A stretch of 64,000 nt of DNA from Eledone cirrhosa (GCA_964016885.1 OZ024741.1:179800001-179864000); one strand, 5' to 3'; positions 17,494 to 30,849 are shown, numbered from the stretch's first letter. The notes: a model not told the origin generated them from the sequence alone. Numbers and translations: made by a program.

Positions 17494-18670
17494 GTATGCG
17501 CATGGTCATGGAAATACTCGGTTTGGTGCCCGATCGCGCGATTAGTCTGCCGGAAGTGAGAAATCTCTAGTTCTTGTTTGGACATCATTGTTAGGGTCTT
17601 TTCTAAACAGTGCTCACAGAACGGGGAATTCTCTTATTCTGCTGCCAGGTGCAGTAAACGTCTGCCAAGAGGTCCTCGAACAAGTTTGGCATATGAACGT
17701 AAAGCTCGTAGGGCAGACCATCCAAACCAGGCGATTTACCCCACGTGTGTTGTTATTGGATTTTCACAACACTCCACCCCCGTCGCAAAGAGTTGCGGCT
17801 GGCCGTCGAGGTAAGTAGTAAAATCCATCCCGCGATCTGGCCCACCGCAACTCCCGAACAGTTGGACGAAATGCTGCTGAAAAGCCGCAAATATCTGTTT
17901 AGGATCGAGTAACATGCGCCCGTTATGGTGTGTCAAAGATCGGATTGTGGCTTTGTTGCCACGTCACGCCTGCACCACTTGGGCCTATTGAACAGCTTTC
18001 GCCCTCTCGTGCCTAAGAGCACGCGCCTTAGCTCCGACAACGTTGGTTGCGATACCTTTGCTTATTGCCTCTTCTAGTTTTTTCACTAGCTCTCCGTCTG
18101 CTCTACTTTTTTCTATTGCTACGGCTTTACTAAACCCTAACGATTCTACTCTCATCGCCCTTTTCAGGCCACCTCTTGTTGTTGACGATTGCCTCCACCA
18201 ACGTACGCTTAACTAATTCACTAATCCGGTCTCTGTAGAGTTTGTGCGTCGGGAATGAGCTGTTCAGTTTCCAATAACAGAGTGCTTGCCTATTAATCCT
18301 ATCTAGATCTACCCAACAGATCACAAATTTGTGTCTGTGTAGTCAACTATTTTGAATTGTGGACAACCTATGGTATTCTTGTCTAATTCCCTATAGAAGA
18401 ATACCTTATCTAGATACGTTCTGGATGGCCCGATGCGGTTTGTCCATGTCCCCACTGGCGTATTCGGGAAATCCAGTCGGTACCTTTCAGACAGTTGGAA
18501 GCGTCTGAGCAGGTTCGCGAGGCTTTTCCACCCTCTTCCCCGTTGCAAACTTCACCTCCACTATGCCAAAGACCCGTCACTTTGTATGAAAGATGTTTGG
18601 TTCCATACAAAGCCAAAAGCTTTCTGTAATTGAGCCTCTTCTGCTCTTTCCACCTTTCTAGCTTTTAATA

Positions 18671-18885
18671 CAATAATGATTTCTAGTATAGGCACAAGGC
18701 CAGTAATTTTGGGGAGGAGAAAGTCGATTAAATCGACTCCTGTACGTTACTGGTGCTTTATTTAATCGACCTCGTAAGGATGAAAGGCAAAGTTAACCTC
18801 GGCGGGATTTGAACTCAGACCATAAAGGGACGTAACTCTATGCTACAAAACATGGTGTCCGACCCTCTACCGATACTGCCAATCC
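18671..18885 (-). mobile_element. SINE family 2 nested in Tx1 ORF1
   Basis: Full head, core and tail. Confidence 0.85.
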
Positions 18886-19316
18886 AACAATTATAAGATA
18901 TGTTATGGTCCAACTTATCATATTTTCAATAGTTTCAATAAGGGTGTTGAGATTTACAATATGGCCGTCTCTTTCCACTAGCACTTTTGCTTGTTTTACT
19001 TCTTTAGAGAAAGTGATCTTTGAAAAAGAAATTTTCATTACAATAGCGAAAGCTAACTTAGTTCTAGCAGTGCTGGCATTATTTGCTGGCTGATTTGCTG
19101 CTGTTATTTTTATTGTTGCTATTTTCACTGTGATTGTTTATTCCGATTCTATCGCTGTTGCTACTTTAGCTGCTGTTGCTTTTGTTGCTGTTTTCATTTT
19201 TATCGTTGTTATTGTCATTGTTGTTGTTGGTGGTACTGCTGTTGTCACTGTTGTTATTCTTGTTGGGTGTATTTACAATATTATTTTGTGTGTTTAAAAC
19301 CATATTATTTAATATA

Positions 19317-19485
19317 CCGTATTTCCCGGTGTCGAAGTCTCTACTTTCTTCCTAAAATAAGTCTAAAAAATCTACCATGCATCCTGGAGGCCGAAGGTTG
19401 TTTATTATTTTGTTTTCAAATTTTTGGTTATCAAAATTAGGGTGCGTCCTCGAGGACGAAGCGTTTTCGGCGCCGGGAAATACGG
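19317..19485. mobile_element. Tc2/pogo-like MITE nested in Tx1 ORF1
   Basis: TA|CCGTATTTCCCGG...CCGGGAAATACGG|TA: TIRs and TA target duplication. Confidence 0.85.
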
Positions 19486-19819
19486 TACATATGTTGTTTT
19501 TTTTTGTAGTCCGTCTCCACAATAGAGACGCTGTCTTCTGTCTTTGCCTCAGCTGGTGATAGCGACTCCCTCTCTATGAGATCTTTCGCTGTGTTCTTTC
19601 GTCTCGGTAACAGAATCCATGTTTATAAATTTTTGTAGGGGGTGTCATATCAACACGACCTACCCACCCGTGAGAAACAGGTCAGTTGCTCCAAACTCTT
19701 GTCAAGTCTAAAACTCAAACAAAAGGTTAGAGACGGTTAAAATAATTTAAAAAAAAACAATAGAAACTTTAAGGGGCCGATGTGAAGCGTGGCTTCCACC
19801 TCAGTTGTCAATAATAATA

Positions 19820-20324
19820 CCAGAAAAAGTGTCAGAGAATGACAAAGCAACCATTCTCTGGGATATGCCTATATATACAGACAGAGAGATCAAAGCCAAC
19901 CGTCCAGATATTACAGTCAATGACCACACACACACAAACACACATACACACATACACACACATGCCTTCTAATAGATGTATCAATCCTCACAGAAGACAA
20001 TATATCTTCCAAGGAAATAGAGAAACTCTCCAAATATAAAGATCTAGAGATAGAAATAACTCGAATGTGGAAAATGAAATACTATGTGCTCTGGGAATGA
20101 TAAAAAAAACACACAACACAGACACATACATAACCAAAACCCCAGGACTTACAAATATATACAGTGTACAAAAGATAGTACTACTAGGCACTGCACACAT
20201 TACGAAAAGTATTATCAATACAATAAAAAGAACATAAGCAAAAAACTACACTGCTCATAGCCAAGGCGCGCAGAGTTGTACTCGGTAAAGCAGTAATGAT
20301 GTGCAATGAAAATAACAATGGACA
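19820..20324 (+). mobile_element. R4/Dong-clade LINE 3' fragment (restriction-like endonuclease)
   Basis: Manual translation: ENDKATILWDMPIYTDREIKANRPDI...CLLIDVSI...KEIEKLSKYKDLEIEITRMWK...QKIVLLGTAHI; (AAT)n at both ends. Confidence 0.8.
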
Positions 20325-20713
20325 TAATAATAATTGTTTCTACTTTTGGCACAAGGTCAGCAATTATCCCAGTGCATTACTGGTACTTTATTTTATCGAC
20401 CCCGTAAGGATGGAAGGCAAAGTTAACCTCGATGTGTTTTGAACTCAGACCGTAAAGGGGCGTAACTATGATAGAAAGCATGGTGTCCGGCCCTCTACCG
20501 ATACTGCCAGTCCACCGCCAATGGAAATAATAATAATTGTTTCTACTTTTGGCACAAGACCAGCAATTATACCAGTGCATTACTGGTACTTTATTTTATC
20601 GACCCCGTAAGGATGAAAGGCAAAGTTAACCTCGGCGGGATTTGAACCCATACCGTAAAGGGCCGTAACTCTATGCTGCTAAGCATGACGTCCGACCCTC
20701 TACCGATACTGCC
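20325..20713 (-). mobile_element. Two tandem SINE family 2 copies (20325-20517, 20527-20713)
   Basis: Two complete head-core-tail units, each ending in (ATT)n on the minus strand. Confidence 0.88.
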
Positions 20714-20779
20714 ACCCAATAATACTGTAATGCTGATGATCATCAAGATATTAGTACGCTAAACTGCATGTTATATGCA

Positions 20780-22420
20780 ACAGAAGTAGCTGTAACTGAA
20801 AAACTGAACATAAAATATAAAGAAAAACACTTGTAACAGGCATAAAGAGCCTGGTTGGAAAATAAAAATAAAGAAAGAAATAGATGTACTAAGGAGTGAC
20901 ATTTCTGTACTTCATGAAATGTCAAATGGGGTTCAAATGATTACCTTGAAGTAAAAAGAATATAGAAAATAAACAACATATTAGAAATAAAAGAAACATT
21001 GAAGCAAAAGTACAAGTGAAGTCATAAAGGTTAATGTGGTATGAAAAAATTTCAAGTTTTTATCGGTAAAACAAGAGTTTTGAACCAGAAGGCAAATGGC
21101 TCTATAGAGAAATAGGAAAACATGAAATAGAAATGAAAAAGAAACACCCTCGATGAAAGAAGTACAAAACTTCTGAGAAAACATATTGAGTTATTGAAAG
21201 GGAGACAATGAAAATGGTGAGTGACAGAAAGTACGAATGGGGGATAGGCTAACACATTAGTGGAGTAATATCAGAAAAGAAAATGTCAAAAATCCTTAAA
21301 GAAATCTGCAGAATGGCAATCACCTGGCTGTGACAAAATGCCAGCCAAACGTTTAGCTTCACCACTTTACATCTACACATAGTTTGATGAGAAAAACTCT
21401 ATCCCCACGGGAGATGCAAACCTGGATCACTAAGGCAATAACACTCCTCTAGGTCCACAAGGAAGGAACTGAATTACAGACCAATACCATGCTTATCCAC
21501 TATATATTAACTATTAACATCAATAATCAATAACCTCCTGCAAGAAGCTGAGCAGTGCCTGTTGTTCAGTATAGCTTTAACTTAATTAACTGGATAGTAT
21601 CAAAAGAATGGATATTAAGACTCATAAACTTCTAATATGTCACCGTATGTATCACCCTAGAGCAGATGTTGAGTGACTCAGATCTGAGGAAGGCAGAGAT
21701 ATAATCCAGTTGGAGCTGTCCTCTAAGACAACAACACTTGACCAGCACCAATAACTTGAAGCAACCAATGATTGGATGATGCAAGCAGTAAAACAACACA
21801 AAATCAGCAAAAAGCCTTACTCCATGGTAAAATAAAGCACCAAATATAAATAGGCAATAAATCTGAACACAGCTGTGACACACGAAATTGCTCTACCACC
21901 AGCATGACAGCAAAGGCCTCACAACAAGAACAAAGGAAGCAACCCTTCAGCAGATGAAGACAAAATGGTAAAATAAACCTCTACATGGCCAGTACTTAAC
22001 ACGAACCATGCAAGCTGATGTAAAAAAAACCCAGACCCATCAGTAGCTGCACAGTTCAGAACTGGAAGCTGAAGCACAAGTTTTTATACTGGCTGCACAA
22101 GACCAATGTCTTGTCACAAAAAATTATCTGGAAAACGTATTTGGAAAAACTAATGATTCAGAATGCAGGTTCTGCAATAGAAATACTGAAGAAGGGGGAC
22201 ACCTAATATCTTCCTGCACCACCTTAGCACCATCTGAATACAAAAACAGACATCATACACTGGAAAATATGTAAATTTTATAGAAAAGAAACAACGACAA
22301 ACGGGTATCAATACCATCCAGATCCTGTAATATAAATTGGTAATGTCATAATACTGTGGTGGGATTTCGTAATATATACTGACAAGACAACCAAAGCCAA
22401 GAGAACACTATGCTAGAGGT
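20780..22420 (+). mobile_element. Highly degraded R4/Dong-clade LINE
   Basis: Manual translation: NYRPIPCLSTIY; KPLHGQY...FILAAQDQCLVTKNY...CRFCNRNTEEGGHLISSC (CCHC knuckle)...LWWDF. Confidence 0.7.
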
Positions 22421-22439
22421 TATAAATCGCATGTAAACA

Positions 22440-22890
22440 CAGATTTCGCAGTCTTGGAAGGCATATTTTAGTAACACGGCAAACCTTGTTTGACACCCTT
22501 TCCCACTGAAATTGGTTGTGAAAGGACCCCATTGAAGTTTAATTTGCCTGTATGTAGTGACGAAGCTTTTTGAATATCTCGACAAATTCAGAAGGGCATC
22601 TAAGCTTCCCCCAATAGTACCTACAGTGTTCTACCATTAATGGCATCAAATGCCTTAGTAAGGCCAATGCATATTTGATACAGTAGTACTCGTTGCTCAA
22701 CACACGTCTCCATAAGCGGGCTGAGAACATCATGCCCCTAGTAACCTGCCCAGATCTGAATCCACATTGGGTCTCAGGGATGACATCAGGGCAGATCCAT
22801 ATTGTTAGTCTATTCAACAAAACCTTGGATAGAATGTTTCCTACCAATTTGAGCAGATAATCACCACATTCAGACTTGGAGCCTTGGTCT
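22440..22890 (-). mobile_element. RTE-clade LINE RT fragment
   Basis: ORF 22539-22847: GNILSKVLLNRL...IPETQCGFRSG...MFSAR. Confidence 0.75.
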
Positions 22891-23358
22891 TACATACATA
22901 CATACAAATATACATACATACATGCATACACGACTAGTTAGGAAATTACAGGTACAATCCATAAATGGAACAGTAAAAATATTTAAAACATTCCAAAAAG
23001 TCTGCATCTAATAACTGCATATACACATGTACAGATACAAAGCATATGCACATGCACACATATAACTCAAAACATCCACATCCACACATAGAATAACATC
23101 CATACCTGCACACACATGCATGCATGCAGACATGCAGACATATCTACCTAGTTGATGTGTAAATTCCAATGAGAGAGTCTTGTATCTATGTTAGAAACCG
23201 ACTCTCTCTCTCTATTGGCAAAAATTTGGGAAATTATAAAACCAGGAGAACATACATACTTATGGTATGTGGTGCATATACACACACACATATGATGTAT
23301 ATATACACACACATACACACGTGTGTGCATGTGTGCGTGTATATATATATACACATAG

Positions 23359-23573
<215 letters not shown>

Positions 23574-23586
23574 ATATATATATATG

Positions 23587-23998
23587 CCATATAACTGTGT
23601 ATAAGTCAACCCTAGTCCTTCACAAACAACACCAGATCAACATTTGTGAGTCAAGGTATTACTGTGAGCATAAATGTTACGATGAAATTATTTTTACTAC
23701 TTTATTATATCCGGATGTACGCAAGTGGAATTATTTATAAGAGCCCAGCGGTATTATTTATGTGTTTGTTAGCTGGAAGTGTGTTCTGACGCATAGAAAC
23801 ATTGGTATTATTACTGTAATATATCGTTTTTGTTTTTACTCAGTTAGAATCCATTTTGGCTCCTGATTACTGATACGGTCTTTTGGATTGTAGTGTGAAT
23901 GTCAACCCCACGAAAGTAGTGTACATGTAATAATGGACCTCATAAATCTCATCTACAAAATCATCTAAAAATTTCGGCTTTTACATCAGTATATACGG
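23587..23998. mobile_element. Degenerate Tc2/pogo-like MITE in (TA)n
   Basis: Left CCATATAACTGTGTATAAGTC, right GGCTTTTACATCAGTATATACGG (imperfect TIRs). Confidence 0.45.
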
Positions 23999-23999
23999 G

Positions 24000-24075
<76 letters not shown>

Positions 24076-24565
24076 TATGTGTGTGTGTGTGTACATATTT
24101 GCGGAATGCTTAGCCTCTAGCACAATAAAGTCATACATACATACACCCCCCATATATATATATATATGCAAAAAGTAAACGGAAAACAACAAAGCAAACA
24201 ATACAGTACAATGAAGATATGTATTAGTTTAACGCATGATACATACATAAGGGAGCGGAGAAATCGGGGAGTCTGTTGCTTATAATTTCCTCACGGACAT
24301 TAGTGTTATGAGCGAAGTAAAATGGTTTCATCTGGCGATTGAAACCGCGCCCGGTCTTTGTTGTATTGCTCCTATATTTTACAGTATGAAGATATAATGT
24401 CAAATGAAAGGCTGTAACTAATGACTAGTACATATTATCCAAGATAACTTAAAGATAAAACCAGTGCCGGGGGAACTTTAGTTCTACTATGTTTTTTTTT
24501 CATTTACCCTTCCTAGATTTCTCTACTCTAATACACCGTTTATATGTTTGCATTAATATTTAAAA

Positions 24566-24925
24566 GGGCGGTGGCTTGGCAGTATCGGTAGAGAGTCGGA
24601 CACAATACTTTGCAGCATAGAGTTACGGTCCTTTACGGTCTGAGTTCAAATCTCGCCGAGGTTAACTTTGCCTTTCATCCATACGGAGTCGATAAAATAA
24701 AGCACCAGTAACGTACTGGGGTCGATTTAATCGACTTTCCCCTCCCCCCAAATTACTGGCCTTGTGCCTATACTAGAAATCATTAATATTTAAAAGGGGA
24801 TGATATGGTAGAGTTGTTAGAACGTCGAATAGACTGTTTGATGGTATCCGGTCTGACCCTTTGCACTCTGAATTCAAGTCTCGCCGAGGGCAACTTTGCA
24901 TTTTATCCTTTCGATGTATAACAAA
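24566..24925 (+). mobile_element. Two adjacent SINE family 2 copies (24566-24788 full, 24796-24925 degenerate)
   Basis: Head, B-box GAGTTCAAAT, core and GGCCTTGTGCC tail. Confidence 0.8.
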
Positions 24926-25330
24926 AACATGTCTACCAAATTTCGTTGACAAAGTATTGGTCAACCCGAGTCTATATTACAAGAGATTTGTTCATGGTAC
25001 CATGTAGTGTGTCTGAACGCGAAACCACGTGATTTCGAAGTGAACTACTTAGCCACATGGCCATGTCTTGTTTGTTTATTTGTGTTATTATTAATCGGGT
25101 TCAATATCTGTTTGAACATCGAATTTCGCTTTTATTTAATCGACATTTAGTGGATCACTGGCGATATATAGAATTACTGTGGAACACAACAGGAAAAGAA
25201 AACTGGTTCAGCGTCACTGCTTTAAACTATGAGTCGCCATATTAACTGCACAAGAAGCCATCTTTAATTCATTCATTTTATCTTAAATGTATTGCCTTCT
25301 ATTCCATTTCCTTTTAACATTCGTAGCTAC

Positions 25331-25950
25331 AGGGGCTGTTAGTTTTGCCAAAACTGGAGGGGCTGTTAGTCGTGTCATAACTGGAGTGGCTCTTAGTCAT
25401 GTCATAGCTGGAGGAGCTGTTAGTCGTGTCATAACTGGAGTGGCTCTTAGTCAAGTCATAGCTTGAGGGCTGTTAGTTGTGTCATAACTGGAGCGGCTGT
25501 TAGTTTTGTCATAGCTGGAGGGGCTGTTAGTCTTGTCATAACTGGAGCGGCTGTTAGTTTTGTCATAGCTGGAGGGGTTGTTAGTCTTGTCATAACTGGA
25601 GCGGCTGTTAGTTTTATCATAGCTGGAGGGGTTGTTAGTCTTGTCATAACTGGAGCGGCTATTAGTTTTGTCATAGCTGGAGGGGTTGTTAGTCTTGTCA
25701 TAACTGGAGCGGCTGTTAGTTTTGTCATAGCTGGAGGGGTTGTTAGTCTTGTCATAACTGGAGCGGCTATTAGTTTTGTCATAGCTGGAGGGGTTGTTAG
25801 TCTTGTCATAACTGGAGCGGCTATTAGTTTTGTCATAGCTGGAGGGGTTGTTAGTCTTGTCATAACTGGAGCGGCTGTTAGTTTTGTCATAGCTGGAGGG
25901 GTTGTTAGTCTTGTCATAACTGGAGCGGCTATTAGTTTTGTTATAGCTGG
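25331..25950. repeat. 60-bp minisatellite (2 x 30-bp subunits), about 10 units
   Basis: gtcatagctggaggggttgttagtcttgtcataactggagcggctgttagtttt repeated. Confidence 0.95.
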
Positions 25951-27061
25951 GGCAGACACATTAAGCGGAGACAGACACATTAAGCTGGGACATAGTCGCG
26001 AGGTTGTTACGAAAGATTCTATTTTGTTTTTGTTTGTTTCATGTGGACATGAAGTCATGGTGGACATGCTTTTGTTATCCATCTAATAAATCTTGACCGT
26101 TTGCTCGAGTGTTCAATTGGTATCAAATTTAATAGACGACCATCATCCTGCATTGGAGAATTTCTCTGCATGTGTGTGTCAGTGTGTTTGTGTGTGTGTT
26201 TGTTGTGTGTGTGTGTGTGTGTGTTTATGTATGCGTTCAAGTGTATGCCTGTGTATGTGCATAAAAAAATTATTGCAACAAAACCCATAGAATCAATGCG
26301 GGAGCTTATGAAGCTTAGTTGCTCGACCTGCTAGAAATAGCAACCAAAATTTCATTCCTCAAATTACGATCCATACCATCTTAAAAACAAAACAAAAGAC
26401 AAAACAACGAAATATTGGATAATGCACACAGACACACAGACACACAGATACGTACATTCACACACACACAGACACATTCACACACATTCAGACACATTCA
26501 CACACGCGCGCACACTTGCACACACACACACAGAGTACGTCTGAAAACATGACAGGACGGTCATGGATGAAACGGCTGCCATCATAGGTCAATTCAATCA
26601 AAGGATTACCTGTAGCTAAGCAACCACAACGCCACCTCCAATGACAACAAAAAACAACAAAGGCAACAAAAACTACAACAACAATAACAACAATAATACC
26701 AATAACAACATCAGGAGCAATAACAACAACAACAACAACAATATCAATAACAACAACAATAACAACAACAGCAATGACAACAACAACAGTCACAATGAGA
26801 TCAACTGAAAATACTCCACTCCCTTATTTTCCAGTCACTATATTATATACAGTATATTCCTTCCTCAAAGTTTAATTAGATGAGTCTGACCTATTTTAAG
26901 GATCTTCGCCATCTTCATCTTCTTCTTCATCTTCTTTTACGTCTTCTCTACATAATAAACATTTCATCCAGCTTAACCGCCAACCCACCCCAACCTTCGT
27001 CAGCAGCTAGCAAAAGAACTAGATTAACAAATGAATGTAACGTTAAGTAACAAACCTTCTG

Positions 27062-27075
27062 GTTACCACGGCAAC
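27062..27075. promoter_or_regulatory. RFX X-box-like palindrome
   Basis: GTTACCACGGCAAC matches GTNRCC-N(0-3)-RGYAAC, in unique sequence. Confidence 0.4.
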
Positions 27076-27813
27076 GACCGTTTGCTAATCGAACGCTCCT
27101 CGCTTCCCTTTCTATCCCTCTCTCCTCTTCCCCATTCTTTCTCTTTGACTCTTCCCTCCCCTCTCTCTCTCTCTGTCTTTCTTTCGTTTAAAGAAATGAA
27201 TTCCTCGTGTCTACCAAGATTTCAATGTAAACACACTTACTCCGGTGTGTATAATTATAAATACAGCCGGAAAACTTAGGTCGGTTTCTTTAGATAAAAG
27301 CAACTCCTTTTGTAAAAAGAAGCGGGGGTGACCTTTTTTTTTATTTATTACGCATGCCTCGTCTTTGAGGAGAAGGTAATGAAGAGCAGCGATTGTAGGC
27401 TCGCACAGAATAAATGACAGAGCTGGTTCGATAGTGTTAGGCCTTAGGTCACTTAATGACAGGGTAGTGGGGTCTCAACGAGAAGTATATTGAGTAATTT
27501 ACAGAAAATCACCAACAGCATCCGAAAGAACGGGGTTCGGCTATGTTAATATGCAGTCATGGAAAAGACGTGTGATGTAAATAGTACGCCCGGGATAATA
27601 TTATATGCATAGCATGGCGCATACATACATATGTACACACATATATGTATGTACGCATGAATGTATGTACATGCGTACATACGTATATACATACATCAAT
27701 ATATACATATATACAAACATAAATACATCCATACATACTTACATGCCTACATAAATACACACATATATGCATACACGAATGCTTGCATACATATGTATGT
27801 ATTTATATATATA

Positions 27814-27966
<153 letters not shown>

Positions 27967-28068
27967 CAAAAAAAAGTATTGTCTCGTTGTTAGTGGCCGG
28001 CTTGAATTCTGCAAGGAAAAACTTAAATACATTTAAAAGAAAACATGGATACATATGTTCAAATGTAT

Positions 28069-28122
<54 letters not shown>

Positions 28123-28141
28123 GTATATACATATATATATC

Positions 28142-28172
<31 letters not shown>

Positions 28173-28260
28173 ACATATATATACAAACATTTATATATAT
28201 ATTATATTATATACTTTATGTGCAAAATACACTGATATATATATATATATATATATATTT

Positions 28261-28345
28261 ATATTGTTATACTTTGGGAGGGTCATGCTGCCATTTCACA
28301 CGATTTCAGATAAAGAATCTTGCTAAACAAATTCAGAAACGAAAT
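28261..28345. mobile_element. Mini PLE end fragment, inverted configuration, related to 42372-42463
   Basis: atattgttatactttgggagggtcatg followed by the reverse complement of tttcgtttctgaatttgtttagcaagattctttatctgaaatcgtgtg; (TA)n both sides. Confidence 0.75.
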
Positions 28346-28410
28346 ATATATATATATATATATATGTATTATATATATATATATATATTATATAATCTTA
28401 TATAATATAT

Positions 28411-28494
28411 ATCCCCAAAAAATGTATATAAACTTTGATTACCTGTACAGGCAATATTTAATAGAATGCTGTTGACATTTTTGGGGGGGACACC

Positions 28495-28498
<4 letters not shown>
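28411..28498. mobile_element. Tc1-like mini-MITE
   Basis: Right end GGACACCCTG|TA; homologous to 32951-33019 and 34193-34262. Confidence 0.6.
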
Positions 28499-28532
<34 letters not shown>

Positions 28533-28537
<5 letters not shown>

Positions 28538-28746
28538 TTAGTATATCTACTAACATATGCGTACAGATGTACGCTAATGCTAGCAAATACACAGGTTATG
28601 TCATAGTACCTAGGTGGTTCAATGCAGGAGGATGCAGAACAATAATATAAAAGACGTAAAATAAGAAAATTTAAAAAAATTTTAAAAAATTAACTTACTT
28701 ACTAAAATTAATTTAAAAAAATTTTTTTAAATTTTCTTATTTTACG

Positions 28747-28752
<6 letters not shown>
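28533..28752. mobile_element. (TA)n-embedded interspersed repeat with terminal foldback (family C)
   Basis: Second copy at 35246-35460; both end in an aaagacgtaaaataagaaaattt...aaattttcttattttacgtcttt hairpin. Confidence 0.75.
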
Positions 28753-28803
<51 letters not shown>

Positions 28804-29105
28804 CTTATTAATCAACCATGATTACTTATCCTATATAAATGTGTCAAAATTGTCATGATCTCAGAAATGTCCCGTAATGCAAGCTGTATATGAAATATGA
28901 TATATAGTCATTGCAATTGTAATGGAAGCTTAGATAGACATAAGACCACCCCTAATGGTGGTGGGATGTAGGCGTGGAGCTGTTTAACGATTGCATTGAC
29001 CTCAGTACTTGACGAGTACTTTTTCTACCACACAGACAGACACAAACAGCGACACATACTGATATGCATATATATATATGTGAATATACACAGATACACG
29101 TATAT

Positions 29106-29164
<59 letters not shown>

Positions 29165-29165
<1 letters not shown>

Positions 29166-29400
29166 GATGAAGAGATATTTAATTTGTTGGAAATCCAACA
29201 AATATAGTTGTTTATAACTGATTCAGAGCACTCGAGGGTTAACTTGAACCGTTAAGGTATATTATCCTTGGTCACGTCAAATATTTATAAAACATTTTGT
29301 ATTTTATCTGATGATAGCGTACCAAAATTTTTGGTACCCTTGAAATATATATAATAGAATAAATATGGTTTTATAAATATAGTTTCCAATTATTTAATAT

Positions 29401-29405
<5 letters not shown>
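29165..29405. mobile_element. Mini PLE pLTR (family D), inverted configuration
   Basis: 29165-29234 matches 44442-44508 in the same orientation; 29290-29400 matches 44530-44640 in the opposite orientation. Confidence 0.7.
29300..29361 (+). ncRNA. Minimal type-I hammerhead ribozyme
   Basis: Stem I tattttat/atagaata, CTGATGA (29308), stem II gtaccaaaa/ttttggtac, GAAA, palindromic tatata, TA. Confidence 0.75.
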
Positions 29406-29436
<31 letters not shown>

Positions 29437-29440
29437 CTAT

Positions 29441-29673
29441 TCTAAGGCGGGTAAAATTCCCGAGATCCATGAACGAGTTCTCTCCAGCGGTCTCTGTCCC
29501 TCATTATCGCTGCCATGTCCTGCGTCTCCAATAGACCAGTGTCTGTCCTTAGGGCATCAACATACGTTAACCTTGATCTTCCTCTTCTAGTGTGTCCATT
29601 GCACTCAGTGCTCCTTTGGGAGCCCCTACATGGACACACTAGAAGAGGAAGACGAAGGTTAACGTATGTTGAT
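29441..29673 (-). mobile_element. RTE-like LINE 3' fragment with foldback duplication
   Basis: [22 protein letters not shown]...[11 protein letters not shown] on minus; [21 protein letters not shown] on plus; inverted arms 29556-29599 / 29630-29673. Confidence 0.75.
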
Positions 29674-29674
29674 A

Positions 29675-29819
<145 letters not shown>

Positions 29820-29842
29820 ATATATATATACATATATATGTA

Positions 29843-29880
29843 AAGAGTCAGGACCCCGACGGCTGAGCTCCGGCCGCTTC
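29843..29880 (-). mobile_element. Family A PLE pLTR fragment
   Basis: gagtcaggaccccgacggctgagctccggccg matches family A. Confidence 0.55.
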
Positions 29881-29994
29881 TATGGAGAAAAGTAACAGTG
29901 ACCTCGAAGTTTCAGCTTGGTCGCTTCATCCGATAATGATAGCCAAAATAAAAGAGAAACATACACACAGATATGTAGCAAGCTAGCTAGCTAT

Positions 29995-30115
29995 ATAGAT
30001 AGGTAGAGAGATGGATAGAGAGATAGAGAGATGGATAGATAGAGAGAGAGATGGATAGAGAGAGATAGAGAGATGGATAGATAGATAGAGAGATGGATAG
30101 AGAGATAGAGATATG

Positions 30116-30167
<52 letters not shown>

Positions 30168-30573
30168 TATAGATAGATAGATAGATATATAGATAGATAG
30201 ATAGATGGATAGATAGATAGATAGATTGATCGATAGATAGATGGATACATAAATAAATAGATAGATAAACGTGTTTCTGTCTCATGCGCCCCCCCCCCCC
30301 CCACACACAAACACACAAACAGACACAAACACACACACACACACAAAATACCAGCATATTAGCAGGAATGCTTGAAATAAAGCTTTCTAAAATAAGTTTC
30401 CTGCAAATTCATTAAAAGAATCTATGAAATGAAATTTCTAAATTAGCAGCAGTCCACGTCTTGTTGATGAAACCGTTTAGAGGATATGACGACGACATTT
30501 TGAAATCACTGATAGCTGTGTATTAATCGGCGCGCCTTATACATAGGAAAGCATATCTTTTATTATTCTCTAC

Positions 30574-30604
<31 letters not shown>

Positions 30605-30678
30605 ACTCTTTCTCTCCCACTCTCTTTATCCCTCTCTCTCTTGCTCTCTCTCTCGCTCTCTCTCGCTCTTTCTTGCTC

Positions 30679-30710
<32 letters not shown>

Positions 30711-30800
30711 GCTCTCTCTTGCTCTTCGCTCTTTCTCTTGTTTCGTCTCCCTCTCTCTTGCTCTCTCTTTTTTCTCTCTCTCTCTCTTTCTCGCTCTCGT

Positions 30801-30849
<49 letters not shown>

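Larger units (their letters stand above)
17516..19800 (-). mobile_element. Degraded, internally deleted Tx1-clade LINE related to the 47691 copy
   Basis: 5' end GGTGGAAGCCACGCTTC matches the 47691 copy. ORF1 piece RKVERAEEAQLQKAFGFVW joins at about 18541 to ORF2 pieces (KSLANLLRRFQLSERYRLDFPN, YWKLN, GLDGLPYELY). A SINE and a MITE are nested inside. Confidence 0.85.

Noticed and set aside
25331-25950. CRISPR array
   Set aside because: Contiguous tandem units with no unique spacers; eukaryotic context; no cas genes.
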